Below, one piece after another: positions 45,493-54,749 of a stretch of 64,000 nt of DNA (the stretch's first letter is position 1; the number at the start of each line of letters is the position of its first letter). The stretch comes from a virus: the IMG/VR virus record IMGVR_UViG_3300031950_000001, positions 32,001 through 96,000 of that record; one strand, given 5' to 3'. The position numbers were made by a program, and so were the translations under genes. The notes beneath the pieces were generated by a model that was not told the DNA's origin, did no database searches, and saw only the letters and a list, made by a program, of their open reading frames with translations.

Positions 45493-47207
45493 GTATTTCT
45501 CGTCTTTCGTTACGTCACTTCCGAAAGCATCGAAATCTCGACATTTCCTTTGGCCCAACGACATTGATCATAGGCCCAAACGGTTCAGGCAAAAGCACGA
45601 TTATCGAAGCCATACGTTTCGCGCTCGTAGGTGCGCTTAATAGCGACCTTAAGGACGCGATTACCGTCGGATCAAGCGAAGCCTTTGTCGATCTTCATTT
45701 CGACGACGGACTCATTGTTCGACGAAGGATTGACAAGCGCGGTAGTTACGCCGGACTTGAGCACGACGGCAACGCCGTCAATGGGGTTTCGGCCGTAACG
45801 AAATACATCTTGGACCATTTCGATATCTCCGAAGAAGCCGTTCATGTACTGCTGTCTCGGCAGGAAGCACTGTATGAATTCTTTATGGAAGCTGAAGCCA
45901 AACGAGTAGGGATGGTCTCTTCGCTCATTCCTGGCGTAGGCGTCATCAAGTCCCGATATGACTGGCTGACAGACGCGTTATCATCCTATCCGGACTATGG
46001 CACGCTCGAACCGACCAGCGAGGAAAAAGTCCGCCAATTAAAAAATAAGCTGAATGAGGTCGAAGCCAAACTAAATGAGCTCAAAAAGCGAAGGAATGAT
46101 GCTCTAGCCCGACAAAATGCCGATCGTGAAAAGGCCAGAATAAAGGAATTGGCACACCTCATAGCGCTGAAGCAGTACGAGATTGAAGAAATTAATCGAA
46201 GGGTCGCTCAGATGGAGGCGATGCTAGCCGAACTGCAGCCGAAACTTGAAACTCTGACTTCCCAAATCCAGAAAATCGAGACGCCGGCGGCCGATCTTGC
46301 GCGTCAGAACGAGCTACGGAAAGCCTATCAGACGGTCATGGAAGATATGACCCACAAGATTGCAACCGAGCCTCGATTTGAGGATATGAAAGAAGTCCTT
46401 GCTCCGATTGTTTCGGAGCTACTGAGCTGGTTCATCCCTCCGCCCGTTGATACGACCATTTTCGACAAGCTTGCCGAGCTTCGACAGGAAGAACAGGTCT
46501 TAAGCCATAACAAGCAAGTGCTTCAGACCGAAATCGCCACTCTCAGAAACCGAAAGTCTCTTATGGCGTCTGAAAAAAGCTTTCTACAGAGCAGGAGAAA
46601 CGCCATCATGATTCCGCAAGAAGAGCTGTCTTCAGAGGAGAATGTGGAAGAGCTTGTTGCGAAGACGGACAGTATGATGAGTGAAATGGCCAAGATATGC
46701 GAGGAACTCAGCAAAGAGAAGCGGCTATTACAAATGGGCCAATATCAACAGAAAAGAGACTATGTCAATCAGCTTCGGAATGTATTTCACTGGCGAAACA
46801 TCTCGATGCAGGCTTCAACATTCATCCTTGATAACCTTGTCGACGATATCAATGACTATCTCGCCCTATTAGATGTTCCATTTAGGGTCAAAACGAAGGA
46901 AGGCTCTATGACGCTGACAGCCGTATTTGGAGACACCGAGCTTCCGGATCAATTACTCTCAGGAGGCCAACGGGTGGCTGTTTCAATCGCTATGAAGTTG
47001 GCAATTTTACGCCTTTTGGGGGGTAAGTTCCGGTTTATCGCCCTAGATGAGCCGACGGCTTTTCTAGACAACGCCAGAATAGCCGGGCTAAGGGAGCTTA
47101 TGAGACGGACAAACGAAGTATGCCGTAATGAAGGGACGAAACTGATCGTAATCAGCCATTGTCCCGAAATTCAATCGGCATTTGATAATGTGGTCCAACT
47201 GGGCTAA
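45489..47207 (+). CDS. SbcC/Rad50-like ATPase
   Basis: Walker A GPNGSGKST, coiled coil, signature LSGGQ, Walker B LDEPT and H-loop ISH. Confidence 0.9.
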   Translation: MSISRLSLRHFRKHRNLDISFGPTTLIIGPNGSGKSTIIEAIRFALVGALNSDLKDAITVGSSEAFVDLHFDDGLIVRRRIDKRGSYAGLEHDGNAVNGVSAVTKYILDHFDISEEAVHVLLSRQEALYEFFMEAEAKRVGMVSSLIPGVGVIKSRYDWLTDALSSYPDYGTLEPTSEEKVRQLKNKLNEVEAKLNELKKRRNDALARQNADREKARIKELAHLIALKQYEIEEINRRVAQMEAMLAELQPKLETLTSQIQKIETPAADLARQNELRKAYQTVMEDMTHKIATEPRFEDMKEVLAPIVSELLSWFIPPPVDTTIFDKLAELRQEEQVLSHNKQVLQTEIATLRNRKSLMASEKSFLQSRRNAIMIPQEELSSEENVEELVAKTDSMMSEMAKICEELSKEKRLLQMGQYQQKRDYVNQLRNVFHWRNISMQASTFILDNLVDDINDYLALLDVPFRVKTKEGSMTLTAVFGDTELPDQLLSGGQRVAVSIAMKLAILRLLGGKFRFIALDEPTAFLDNARIAGLRELMRRTNEVCRNEGTKLIVISHCPEIQSAFDNVVQLG

Positions 47208-47222
47208 AGATTTGCTGAAATT

Positions 47223-47465
47223 AAGGGCATTTACAAACGGCCCGGGGCGTCCACATTTTGCTCCTTGTGGCGTCCCGGGCCATTTCTGAAGAGAATTTTT
47301 TGTCCCCTAAACTGGCCGCGACCCCGGCGGCCTAAAATAATCGGAGGGGCGCCCCCCAGCGTTTGTGCGGGTGAGGCTGATTCTGCCAGGTGGCTGCCGG
47401 CCTGGCGATTCCATAGTCGGGACACTGGCTTTTGGGGACAGCCGGTGCGACTATGAAGTGCCTTT
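47223..47465 (+). ncRNA. Candidate structured ncRNA (multibranch with pseudoknot), family not recognised
   Basis: A closing stem, five internal stems, a loop-to-strand pairing and G.U pairs that favour the + strand. Confidence 0.6.
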
Positions 47466-47497
47466 TCCGGCGGCGTTTTTTTAGCTATTAGGCAATT

Positions 47498-47515
47498 TTT
47501 GATTCCGGAATCAAA
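47498..47515. repeat. Dispersed palindrome TTTGATTCCGGAATCAAA
   Basis: Exact copy. Confidence 0.95.
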
Positions 47516-47621
47516 TTTTTTTAATCATATCGCCAAAAGTGCGGCATTTAATAATGGGAATGGCCATCGTGCGGTGCGATGGCTAATTTTTTTTACTTTT
47601 TTTACAATTGGAGGTTTTTTT

Positions 47622-48101
47622 ATGAACCAAGTGTCAACCGGTTTTCAAAATGTTCTAAGTCAAGAAATTTCAAAAGAGCAGTTTGTCGAACTGCTCAACC
47701 AGGCCCGAGAGAGGGCCAAGCGGCTAGGAAGGCCGCTAACCGGGCTAATTTGGCTGCCCAAGGGGCTTTCCGAGCCCCTCAGGGCAGCCGCCGTTACCGT
47801 CTACCCAGACGGTAACGGAATTGCCGGAATGGGGATTTTCAATCCCCACCCGGCCACGACGGGCAGGTATGAGGGCCGGTGGTATCGGTGGTCGGTCGAC
47901 GAGACCGACGTAACCAAGCCAACCGGCCAATGGGCCGGGCGAGCCCTGGCTTTAATTGCTCATGGCCTCGCCACCGGGCGAGCCTACCCGTTCCCAAACG
48001 GGCAGGCCGCGCCGGAGGGGGACTATGAAGCCCCACCCCGCTACGCCGTAGCGGCCGGTGGGCTGCATTCAGTAATCCCCCAGGCCTTCCTGGCCCGATA
48101 A
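47622..48101 (+). CDS. Hypothetical protein with atypical composition
   Basis: GGAGG RBS in a T-rich leader. 159 aa. Confidence 0.75.
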   Translation: MNQVSTGFQNVLSQEISKEQFVELLNQARERAKRLGRPLTGLIWLPKGLSEPLRAAAVTVYPDGNGIAGMGIFNPHPATTGRYEGRWYRWSVDETDVTKPTGQWAGRALALIAHGLATGRAYPFPNGQAAPEGDYEAPPRYAVAAGGLHSVIPQAFLAR

Positions 48102-48138
48102 AGAATTTCAATTAAAGTGAATTAATTCATGGAACGTT

Positions 48139-48205
48139 GCGGGTAGCCCGGCGTCGGTTCAAACAGCTTTTTTTGAAACGCCGGGCTACCCGCTTGAATT
48201 TTTTT
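48139..48205 (+). terminator. Long GC hairpin, probable terminator
   Basis: 16-bp perfect stem GCGGGTAGCCCGGCGT/ACGCCGGGCTACCCGC followed by a T-rich tract. Confidence 0.7.
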
Positions 48206-48273
48206 AGTGATCAGACAAGAATCGACAGTAGAATTTGCCTCGTTCTTCTATTTTTTCACTTGGAGTAAGGCCT

Positions 48274-48720
48274 ATGTTTGTTTTAGGTATTGATCCTGGT
48301 CAACGGGGCGCAATTGCGGTTCTTTCCGACTCACGAACAGGCGCAATCTTTGGAATGCCCCAAACCGAAAAGGATATATGCGAACTTCTTTTAGATATTA
48401 AAGACAAATATTCTCCTATCATGTGCTACATTGAAGACGTCCATGCAATGCCCAAACAGGGTGTATCTTCGACGTTCAAGTTTGGGCGGAACTATGGATT
48501 TCTTCGAGGTGTTCTAACCGCACTTAAGATTCCATTCGACGGAATTAGTCCTGTTACATGGCAACGTAAAATACGCTTTTCTTCTAGGGGAAACAAGAAG
48601 CTAGCCAAGCAAAAGGCGCAGAACCTATTTCCGGGCATCGAAGGTATTACAGATCTTACGGCTGATGCCGTTCTAATCGCCTATAGTTGCCTATTGGACG
48701 TCACCAAGGTAAGAGAGTAA
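48274..48720 (+). CDS. RuvC-like Holliday junction resolvase
   Basis: LGIDPG, YIEDV, F.FG..YG, SP..WQ and ADAVLIA motifs. Confidence 0.85.
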   Translation: MFVLGIDPGQRGAIAVLSDSRTGAIFGMPQTEKDICELLLDIKDKYSPIMCYIEDVHAMPKQGVSSTFKFGRNYGFLRGVLTALKIPFDGISPVTWQRKIRFSSRGNKKLAKQKAQNLFPGIEGITDLTADAVLIAYSCLLDVTKVRE

Positions 48721-48748
48721 CTTTTTGGCTCTGTCTGGAGCAGGAGTA

Positions 48749-49390
48749 ATGCTTCCCTGTTCTAAGCTAGAAGGAGTTATTAAATATCCGAATCTTTTAT
48801 CTTTCGACTATGCGCGGGCTCGGCTGCTTGTGCATGGTTGTCTTGACGCATCGGGTCGATACATTCTCGCTTATGGCAAACCTACGGGTGTAATACTTGA
48901 TAAAACGGTTGTACTGCCGTATGACATTTACCCGCGGCTCTTGCACAGACTTCTTGTCCGCGAGCTCTTGCCGAATACGACGGGATGGCTCTTTGCGTGC
49001 GGAGATGACTACGGCGAATTCTTCGTCGATGGCAAGCGGAAGGGAACTCGGATTCACTTCGATCGTTACGAACCCTTTAAAGATCCGCTAAAACGCAGGA
49101 GTCTGCCCGAACTTGTTCGGCCGTCGTACGATCTGTTCGTCGAGCTTTATGAACTGATTCTCAAGATTCTCGAAATATCGCGTCCTGAGGAATTGGGTAA
49201 ATGGCCGATTTACATGTACAACATAAAACACAAAGGGCGTATTGATTGTCTTTTCAACGCTGCCATGACGGAGCATCTTCGATGCGAAATCCATTTAAAA
49301 TTTCGCGATATCATCCAGCCGACCGAGAAACTACTCCGACGCGGTAGTCAGACTGTAGCCCGGAAGCGAGAGCGAATATGTGCTACGTAG
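48749..49390 (+). CDS. Hypothetical protein, paralog family E
   Basis: KLEGV.KY, PELVRPSYD and RC..H.K.RDII.PTEK.LRRG motifs. Confidence 0.75.
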   Translation: MLPCSKLEGVIKYPNLLSFDYARARLLVHGCLDASGRYILAYGKPTGVILDKTVVLPYDIYPRLLHRLLVRELLPNTTGWLFACGDDYGEFFVDGKRKGTRIHFDRYEPFKDPLKRRSLPELVRPSYDLFVELYELILKILEISRPEELGKWPIYMYNIKHKGRIDCLFNAAMTEHLRCEIHLKFRDIIQPTEKLLRRGSQTVARKRERICAT

Positions 49391-49408
49391 TACGTAAAGG
49401 AGTCACGT

Positions 49409-50083
49409 ATGTGGAATCACATTAAACTGGAGGGCGTGCTAAGGTATCGGAGTCAGCTGACATTTGATGTTGTGATCGCTAAGCTGTTGAAAGACGGCTA
49501 CTTTGACCACGTAAGCCAATCGATTTTAGCTTACGGCGAACCGGTTGGTTCCGTATTTGACAAGGTCATCGTGTTCCCTTATGCAACATATCCGCCGTCT
49601 ATATATTCGACGTTACTTTATGAGCAGCATTTGTTCGATTCAACAGGTTGGCTGTTAGCAGCTGGCGACCGTGTCGGCGAGTTCATAACCGACAAACAGA
49701 CCACTCAAATCCGGTTTAGTATAGACACAGATTGGTACAAACCCATATTATGTCGTGCCGAGATTCCGGAGCTCGTTCGACCGTCGTACGATTTGCTCAT
49801 ACGACTTTCGTTCGTATCTCGTGTGAGATGGAGTAGCGAGGAGCATATTCAGCAACAAGATGAATTAGCCTATCTGGATGACGGGGTCATGTACGCGACC
49901 AGGTATAATGATACTCCTATTTATGATACAATTCGTACGGAGTATTTTCGGTGCGTGATGCATGTTAAATATCGTGATATTATTGCGCCCACAGAAAAAT
50001 GGCTTCGTCGAGGCGGCCAGGCGTATGCACGAAAGCTGCGCGAACGGTTCCTCAGTCGACGGAGCGCAGGAGTCTCGCCGTGA
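49409..50083 (+). CDS. Hypothetical protein, paralog family E
   Basis: AAGGAG RBS and the same motifs. Confidence 0.75.
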   Translation: MWNHIKLEGVLRYRSQLTFDVVIAKLLKDGYFDHVSQSILAYGEPVGSVFDKVIVFPYATYPPSIYSTLLYEQHLFDSTGWLLAAGDRVGEFITDKQTTQIRFSIDTDWYKPILCRAEIPELVRPSYDLLIRLSFVSRVRWSSEEHIQQQDELAYLDDGVMYATRYNDTPIYDTIRTEYFRCVMHVKYRDIIAPTEKWLRRGGQAYARKLRERFLSRRSAGVSP

Positions 50084-50757
50084 TCGTTAAGCTAGAAGGC
50101 GTGCTCAAATATCGCGATCAGATCACATTTGATCGCGTAATCGCTAATCTGTTTGAATATGGGTTTTTTGATCCCGTCGAGCAATCGATTTCATCCTATG
50201 GCGAACCCATCGGCGCTGTATTTGATCGAGTTATCGTCCTCCCCTATGCGACGTATGCGACATTGTTGAGCGATGCACTATGTGAGGAATGGTTTGCGCC
50301 AACATATCGAAGCTGGTTGTTGCGGATCGATCATCGTGGCGGCGATTTTCTAGCAGACGGACGTGTGGACGAGATACGGTTTCTCGGCAGTAAGGATTGG
50401 TTCAAACCCGTACTGCGTCGTGCCGATGTTCCTGAATTCGTGCAACCGTCCTATGATCGCGTTGTACGATGTCTGGCCGCATTGCGGCATATTTGGGAAA
50501 AGTCCGATGGCCGCGGATGCGCGAGGCCTCCGTACGAACTGACCTGCGAAGATGAGCCGGTTTTGAGTCGCGTCAACCATGCTCCCGGCATCCATCGTAA
50601 CGATGTAATTCTTATGGAGTACTTCCGATGCTTAATGCATGTTAAATATCGTGATATTATTGCACCTACAGAAAAGTGGCTTCGTCGAGGTTGCCGATTA
50701 CGGGCAAAGCGGTTGAAAACGATAGCGGACCCGCGGTCGAAAGGAGACTCTCCGTGA
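50080..50757 (+). CDS. Hypothetical protein, paralog family E
   Basis: GTG at 50080 (GTGA coupling, AGGAG RBS) and the same motifs. Confidence 0.75.
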   Translation: MIVKLEGVLKYRDQITFDRVIANLFEYGFFDPVEQSISSYGEPIGAVFDRVIVLPYATYATLLSDALCEEWFAPTYRSWLLRIDHRGGDFLADGRVDEIRFLGSKDWFKPVLRRADVPEFVQPSYDRVVRCLAALRHIWEKSDGRGCARPPYELTCEDEPVLSRVNHAPGIHRNDVILMEYFRCLMHVKYRDIIAPTEKWLRRGCRLRAKRLKTIADPRSKGDSP

Positions 50758-51629
50758 GTGAGCTGCTTTTTTATCTCGAAGAATACATAAAACAAAATGG
50801 TCGGACAAAAATAGCGGAGCTAGCACGACTATTTGGGATTGGCAGGTCAATTGTCAGAAAATACATCAGAACATCGACCATTCTCGATATTTCGGGCCCA
50901 TATGCCGTATTGAGGCGGACCGTTGGGAGCGAATACGGCGAAGTCACTCCGGATGATCTTATTACTATTCGGAAGTACGATGTACCGACGCCCGAAGAGA
51001 TCGAATGCCGCAAACAGACTATTCTTGACTGTATTGATGATTCGCTTCAAACACCGTTTATTCTCGAACGTCCGGATGAGTTTACAAATCTTATTCAGGC
51101 GGTCATCGAATTCTTTACTTCATTAACAGACGAGCGGGCTAGCAGCCTTGCGATGCAGATACGTTCCGATCTTTGCGAGGAAAGGGACGAGCACAAGCTT
51201 TATAAGATCTACATCTATATCTATAGTCGCCAGTCCAGATCAATAAAGGGCTGGGCGGCATTTATCGTAAACCGAAATAATCTCATGCACGCCATGAGTG
51301 GTTGCATGCTTCGCGTATCGGTTCTTCACATGTATCTCAATATTCTTGCACGAATTCTCCGATTTGTTAAACCTTTCTCAGCCATTCAGATTGTATCGGA
51401 CAAGCGAAGTATCGATACGTTGCGGCGGAGCCTCAATACCGATCATCGCATGTCCCTAAGCGAGCGATACGCTCGAAAGAAGTTGCTGTCGCTACTATCT
51501 TCATATACTATTAGCTTTGGCATTGCCGATGATGAGATACTCCAAAATTGCCGAAATATGGCGATTAAGGCAAGGGAGGACCTTTGTTTGTTAGGAGTTG
51601 GTAATGGCCGTGTATCGCGTTTATTGTAG
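50754..51629 (+). CDS. N-terminal HTH plus degenerate RNase H-like domain protein
   Basis: HTH-like IAELARLFGIGRSIVRKYI, plus GWAAFI and IQIVSD in the C-half. Confidence 0.55.
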   Translation: MSELLFYLEEYIKQNGRTKIAELARLFGIGRSIVRKYIRTSTILDISGPYAVLRRTVGSEYGEVTPDDLITIRKYDVPTPEEIECRKQTILDCIDDSLQTPFILERPDEFTNLIQAVIEFFTSLTDERASSLAMQIRSDLCEERDEHKLYKIYIYIYSRQSRSIKGWAAFIVNRNNLMHAMSGCMLRVSVLHMYLNILARILRFVKPFSAIQIVSDKRSIDTLRRSLNTDHRMSLSERYARKKLLSLLSSYTISFGIADDEILQNCRNMAIKAREDLCLLGVGNGRVSRLL

Positions 51630-51957
51630 GGAGGGGCGCTACAAAGCCGTTCCGATACGTCGGATCGACTTTCGGGCGCTTTTGTTAGGCCCGATATGGC
51701 TCGTACTCCAACGAGCTTATCTTGAAGCCTTAGCGACATTCCTCTTGCTAATTGGACTGTGGGGCTGTGGACTCCCTCTATTTGTGGCGATTATCGTGGT
51801 GAATATGCTAGTAAGTTACATTAATTTGGTCGTCCTTGATTCCCGGTTGCAGCGATCGGGATGGGACTACATAAGCTCAGTAGAGGCTAAAGATCCGCAT
51901 ACGGCGATAAAGTTGGTTTTGGACCCGTTTTTGTCTTTGAAGAAAGGAGTGAAATGA
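51604..51957 (+). CDS. DUF2628-like membrane protein
   Basis: F.ALLLGPIWL, TM helices and L...GW.....V.A....A pattern. Confidence 0.6.
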   Translation: MAVYRVYCREGRYKAVPIRRIDFRALLLGPIWLVLQRAYLEALATFLLLIGLWGCGLPLFVAIIVVNMLVSYINLVVLDSRLQRSGWDYISSVEAKDPHTAIKLVLDPFLSLKKGVK

Positions 51958-52292
51958 TGTTTGATGACGATCAAGTCCACGATGATTTCGATCAACAGCC
52001 AGAGCAGCCAAGTTATGATGAGTTGTCAAAACACATTGTCTTGCCTTCGAAGGTAGTAGGCGTTTTTGTGGTACCGACTCCAGGAACGTTTAAACTATCG
52101 ATTTTGTGCATCCCCGAAAATGCCAAGCTCGAAGACGTAGGCAAGACGGAGCCCGCGGTACATGTCGTACTTTCGCTGCAGGACGTGGAAGCGCTGCTCC
52201 AGATGCTAAAAGACGGACTCGAAAGAGTCAAACTAGAACAAAAGGCACGATCGGCAGCGAATTATGGCCGTGAGCTGTTCGGACTGAGTTAG
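51954..52292 (+). CDS. Hypothetical protein
   Basis: AAGGAG RBS and an acidic N-terminus. Confidence 0.7.
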   Translation: MMFDDDQVHDDFDQQPEQPSYDELSKHIVLPSKVVGVFVVPTPGTFKLSILCIPENAKLEDVGKTEPAVHVVLSLQDVEALLQMLKDGLERVKLEQKARSAANYGRELFGLS

Positions 52293-52334
52293 CCAGGCCA
52301 AAAAACCCTACTTGTAGGGGGTAGGCTTATAAAA

Positions 52335-52352
52335 TTTGATTCCGGAATCAAA
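52335..52352. repeat. Dispersed palindrome TTTGATTCCGGAATCAAA
   Basis: Exact copy. Confidence 0.95.
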
Positions 52353-52777
52353 TTTTGGCTTGTCCGTTTTGAAAAAATCTGTTAAATTGATTTAACAAAC
52401 CTCCTACCTGCCCGCCCCGCGGAGCACCGCAGAACACAATCCTGCGGGGCGGGCAGGGTTTAATCGTCCGTCCTATAACGAAAGGAGAAGGAGAAATGAA
52501 GTATCGTGCAATTGTGTCGGGTCTAATGGTTCTGTCGGTTTTGGCTGTTTCGTCGCTGCGAGCGGCTGATGTTCCGCCCGATATCGAGAAGAAGCATGTC
52601 CAAATGCTCTATCCAGTCGTCCGCGTGACGGTCAAGAACGCTGGCGGCTCTGGGACAATTCTCTATAGCGAAGATCGTGGAGATGGCTGTCAGACCTACG
52701 TTTTGACGAACTATCACGTTATCGAGGGAGCCATTAATATCGTTACCGAGTGGTCTTCGCTGGTTTACCAAACCTGC

Positions 52778-54043
52778 CTAAACCACGGCAGGTTTGGTAG
52801 GCTGCCTTTCTTCAGCCAATTTTGACGCTTCATCCAGAACTGCCCCGAAGGGTCTTACGTCCTGTCCACGTCCGTTTAGAGAGTCCGTGAACCCACTCCG
52901 GCCTCTGTTGATCAAACGTAACGCTTCCCGCTCAATGTTCCGAGCGGCGTTCAAATCCCTATCAGCGGTATACCCGCACTCACAAACAAACGTTCGGTCA
53001 CTCAGTGCCAAGTCTGATTTGACTACACCACACATTGGGCATAGCCGACTAGAGGGGAAGAAGCGGTCAACTTTTACCAATACGCCGCCGTACCACTCGG
53101 ATTTGTATCGTAACTGTCGTACAATCTCGCCAAGCCCAGCATCGGAGATTAGCAGGGCCATGCGGTGGTTACGCAGCATTCCGGCGACATTCAAATCTTC
53201 CACGCCGATAATCCGATAGGTGCGGGCGATCTCGGTCGTCATCTTGTGCAGATAATCCAACCGCTTGTTGGCTATCCGACGATGTAGCGTCGCCAACTTC
53301 TTCTTGGTGCGGTTCCAGCGACCGCTTCCCTCTTGTCGGCGGGATAGTTCGCGGCTCAGACGCTTTAACTTTCTCAGTCTTGAGCGTAGCAGCACTTGGT
53401 TCTCGTACCGCTTGCCATCTGAGAGAACAGCCAAAGTCCTGACGCCCACGTCTATCCCGACTGCCCCTTGTGGGTGCTTGTGTTCTGGTGGTTCGATTTC
53501 TACATTGACAGCAGCATACCAATGCCCTGCGTTCTCCGAAATAGTAACTGACTTGATTTCACCGTTAAACCTCAACACCTCGGCCATATTGATTGGTTTA
53601 TCTAACTTTTCCAACTTGAGCCAATGGCCGTCAATACGAACCCGTGTCCCGTCCATTCTGAAGGATAATTTGGATCGTTTCTTGGACTTGAACCTGGGAT
53701 AGCCCTTCTTAGTATCGCCATTCTTGCACCGGCGAAAGAACCTCGTGAATGCGTCATCAAGATTCCGAAAGCCAGTTTCTACAGCGCATTTAGAAACGTC
53801 CAGGGCCCAGGGGAACTGCTTGCGCTTGATGGCGTTGAATTGCCTTTTCAAGGTATAAGCTGATGGTTTCCTGCCAGCGGCATATTCTTTCTGCCACTCG
53901 GCCAAACCCCAATTGAAGGCAAATCTTGCCGTTCCGCAAGCCTTGCGCAGGTACTCGGTCTGTTGAGGCGTGGGATTAAGTCTGATTTTATGTGCTCGCT
54001 GCATCGGAGCTTTCCTTCTGCCTGCGCCCGCCTCGTGCTCCAT
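52778..54043 (-). CDS. tnpB: TnpB RNA-guided nuclease
   Basis: N-terminal HTH_OrfB-like region, RuvC D (GIDVG), E (VEDL) and D (DRDLNAA), and Zn finger CPMC...CECG. True start probably MQRAHK. Confidence 0.95.
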   Translation of the reverse strand: MEHEAGAGRRKAPMQRAHKIRLNPTPQQTEYLRKACGTARFAFNWGLAEWQKEYAAGRKPSAYTLKRQFNAIKRKQFPWALDVSKCAVETGFRNLDDAFTRFFRRCKNGDTKKGYPRFKSKKRSKLSFRMDGTRVRIDGHWLKLEKLDKPINMAEVLRFNGEIKSVTISENAGHWYAAVNVEIEPPEHKHPQGAVGIDVGVRTLAVLSDGKRYENQVLLRSRLRKLKRLSRELSRRQEGSGRWNRTKKKLATLHRRIANKRLDYLHKMTTEIARTYRIIGVEDLNVAGMLRNHRMALLISDAGLGEIVRQLRYKSEWYGGVLVKVDRFFPSSRLCPMCGVVKSDLALSDRTFVCECGYTADRDLNAARNIEREALRLINRGRSGFTDSLNGRGQDVRPFGAVLDEASKLAEERQPTKPAVV

Positions 54044-54599
54044 ATAACCGAGACGAAAAACTTACAATGATCGTCAGAATATCCTCAATCAACTCTTCGT
54101 GCTCGTTCTTCTCTTCCGCTTCTTCCAGAACTTCTACTCTGCAACCTACGCCATTGAAGAATCGCTCAATGGTTCGGAAACCAAAGCGGGTCAATCTATC
54201 TCGATGTTCAACTACAACCTTTTTGATTTTACCTTTGCAAGCCGCGTCTATGATCTTGAAGAACTGGCGGCGATTGTCGTTTAGACCAGAAGCAATCTCG
54301 GAACAGTCTAACACAATGCGATAACCGCGCTCCCTACAGGCTTCTATCAGCCTTTCATGCTGGCGGGTAAGATTCTCTACTTGCTTTTGTGTAGATACAC
54401 GAGCATACAAGGCTACGTCCTTCTCGGTTACAGTAACACCATCCGATATAGACAGGAGCTTTTCAATCTCGGCACTATCATAGCGACGATGCCCGCCAGC
54501 AGTACGGTGTTCAGTCAGCTTTCCATCCCTGAGCCACCGATGCAAGGTGGTCTTGGAGAGCCGATACTTCTGCTCGACTTCCGATTGCCTCAACAACAT
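53988..54599 (-). CDS. tnpA: IS607 TnpA serine recombinase
   Basis: MerR-like HTH (TLHRW..DGKL...RT.GGHRRY), YARVST, SGLN..R and DRL.RFG. Confidence 0.95.
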   Translation of the reverse strand: MLLRQSEVEQKYRLSKTTLHRWLRDGKLTEHRTAGGHRRYDSAEIEKLLSISDGVTVTEKDVALYARVSTQKQVENLTRQHERLIEACRERGYRIVLDCSEIASGLNDNRRQFFKIIDAACKGKIKKVVVEHRDRLTRFGFRTIERFFNGVGCRVEVLEEAEEKNEHEELIEDILTIIVSFSSRLYGARGGRRQKESSDAAST

Positions 54600-54720
54600 C
54601 AGCCATTACCTCATTCAGCCAAGTCTCATAGTCCTGTTTGTCCGGTACGGATTCAAATGGCGGGTCAACCTCGATTCTTTCACCGTTGACCAGTACGTAA
54701 TCCTCACCAATTTCATTTAT

Positions 54721-54749
54721 AGTATAGCGCATCTTTGTCTCCTTGTCAA
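54721..54749 (-). promoter_or_regulatory. sigma70-like promoter in the IS607 left end
   Basis: TTGACA-17 bp-TATACT on the minus strand. Confidence 0.7.

Noticed and set aside
47223-47465. Group I intron, cobalamin or c-di-AMP riboswitch, or retron msr-msd
   Set aside because: TAGTC precedes GACTA, which is the wrong order for P7. Riboswitch consensus blocks are not matched and there is no RT nearby.
54511-54732. 73-aa minus-strand ORF in the IS left end with AAGGAG RBS
   Set aside because: Its start lies between the -35 and -10 of the IS promoter, it overlaps tnpA, and it is disrupted in the 4697 copy. It cannot be supported, though it is not excluded.
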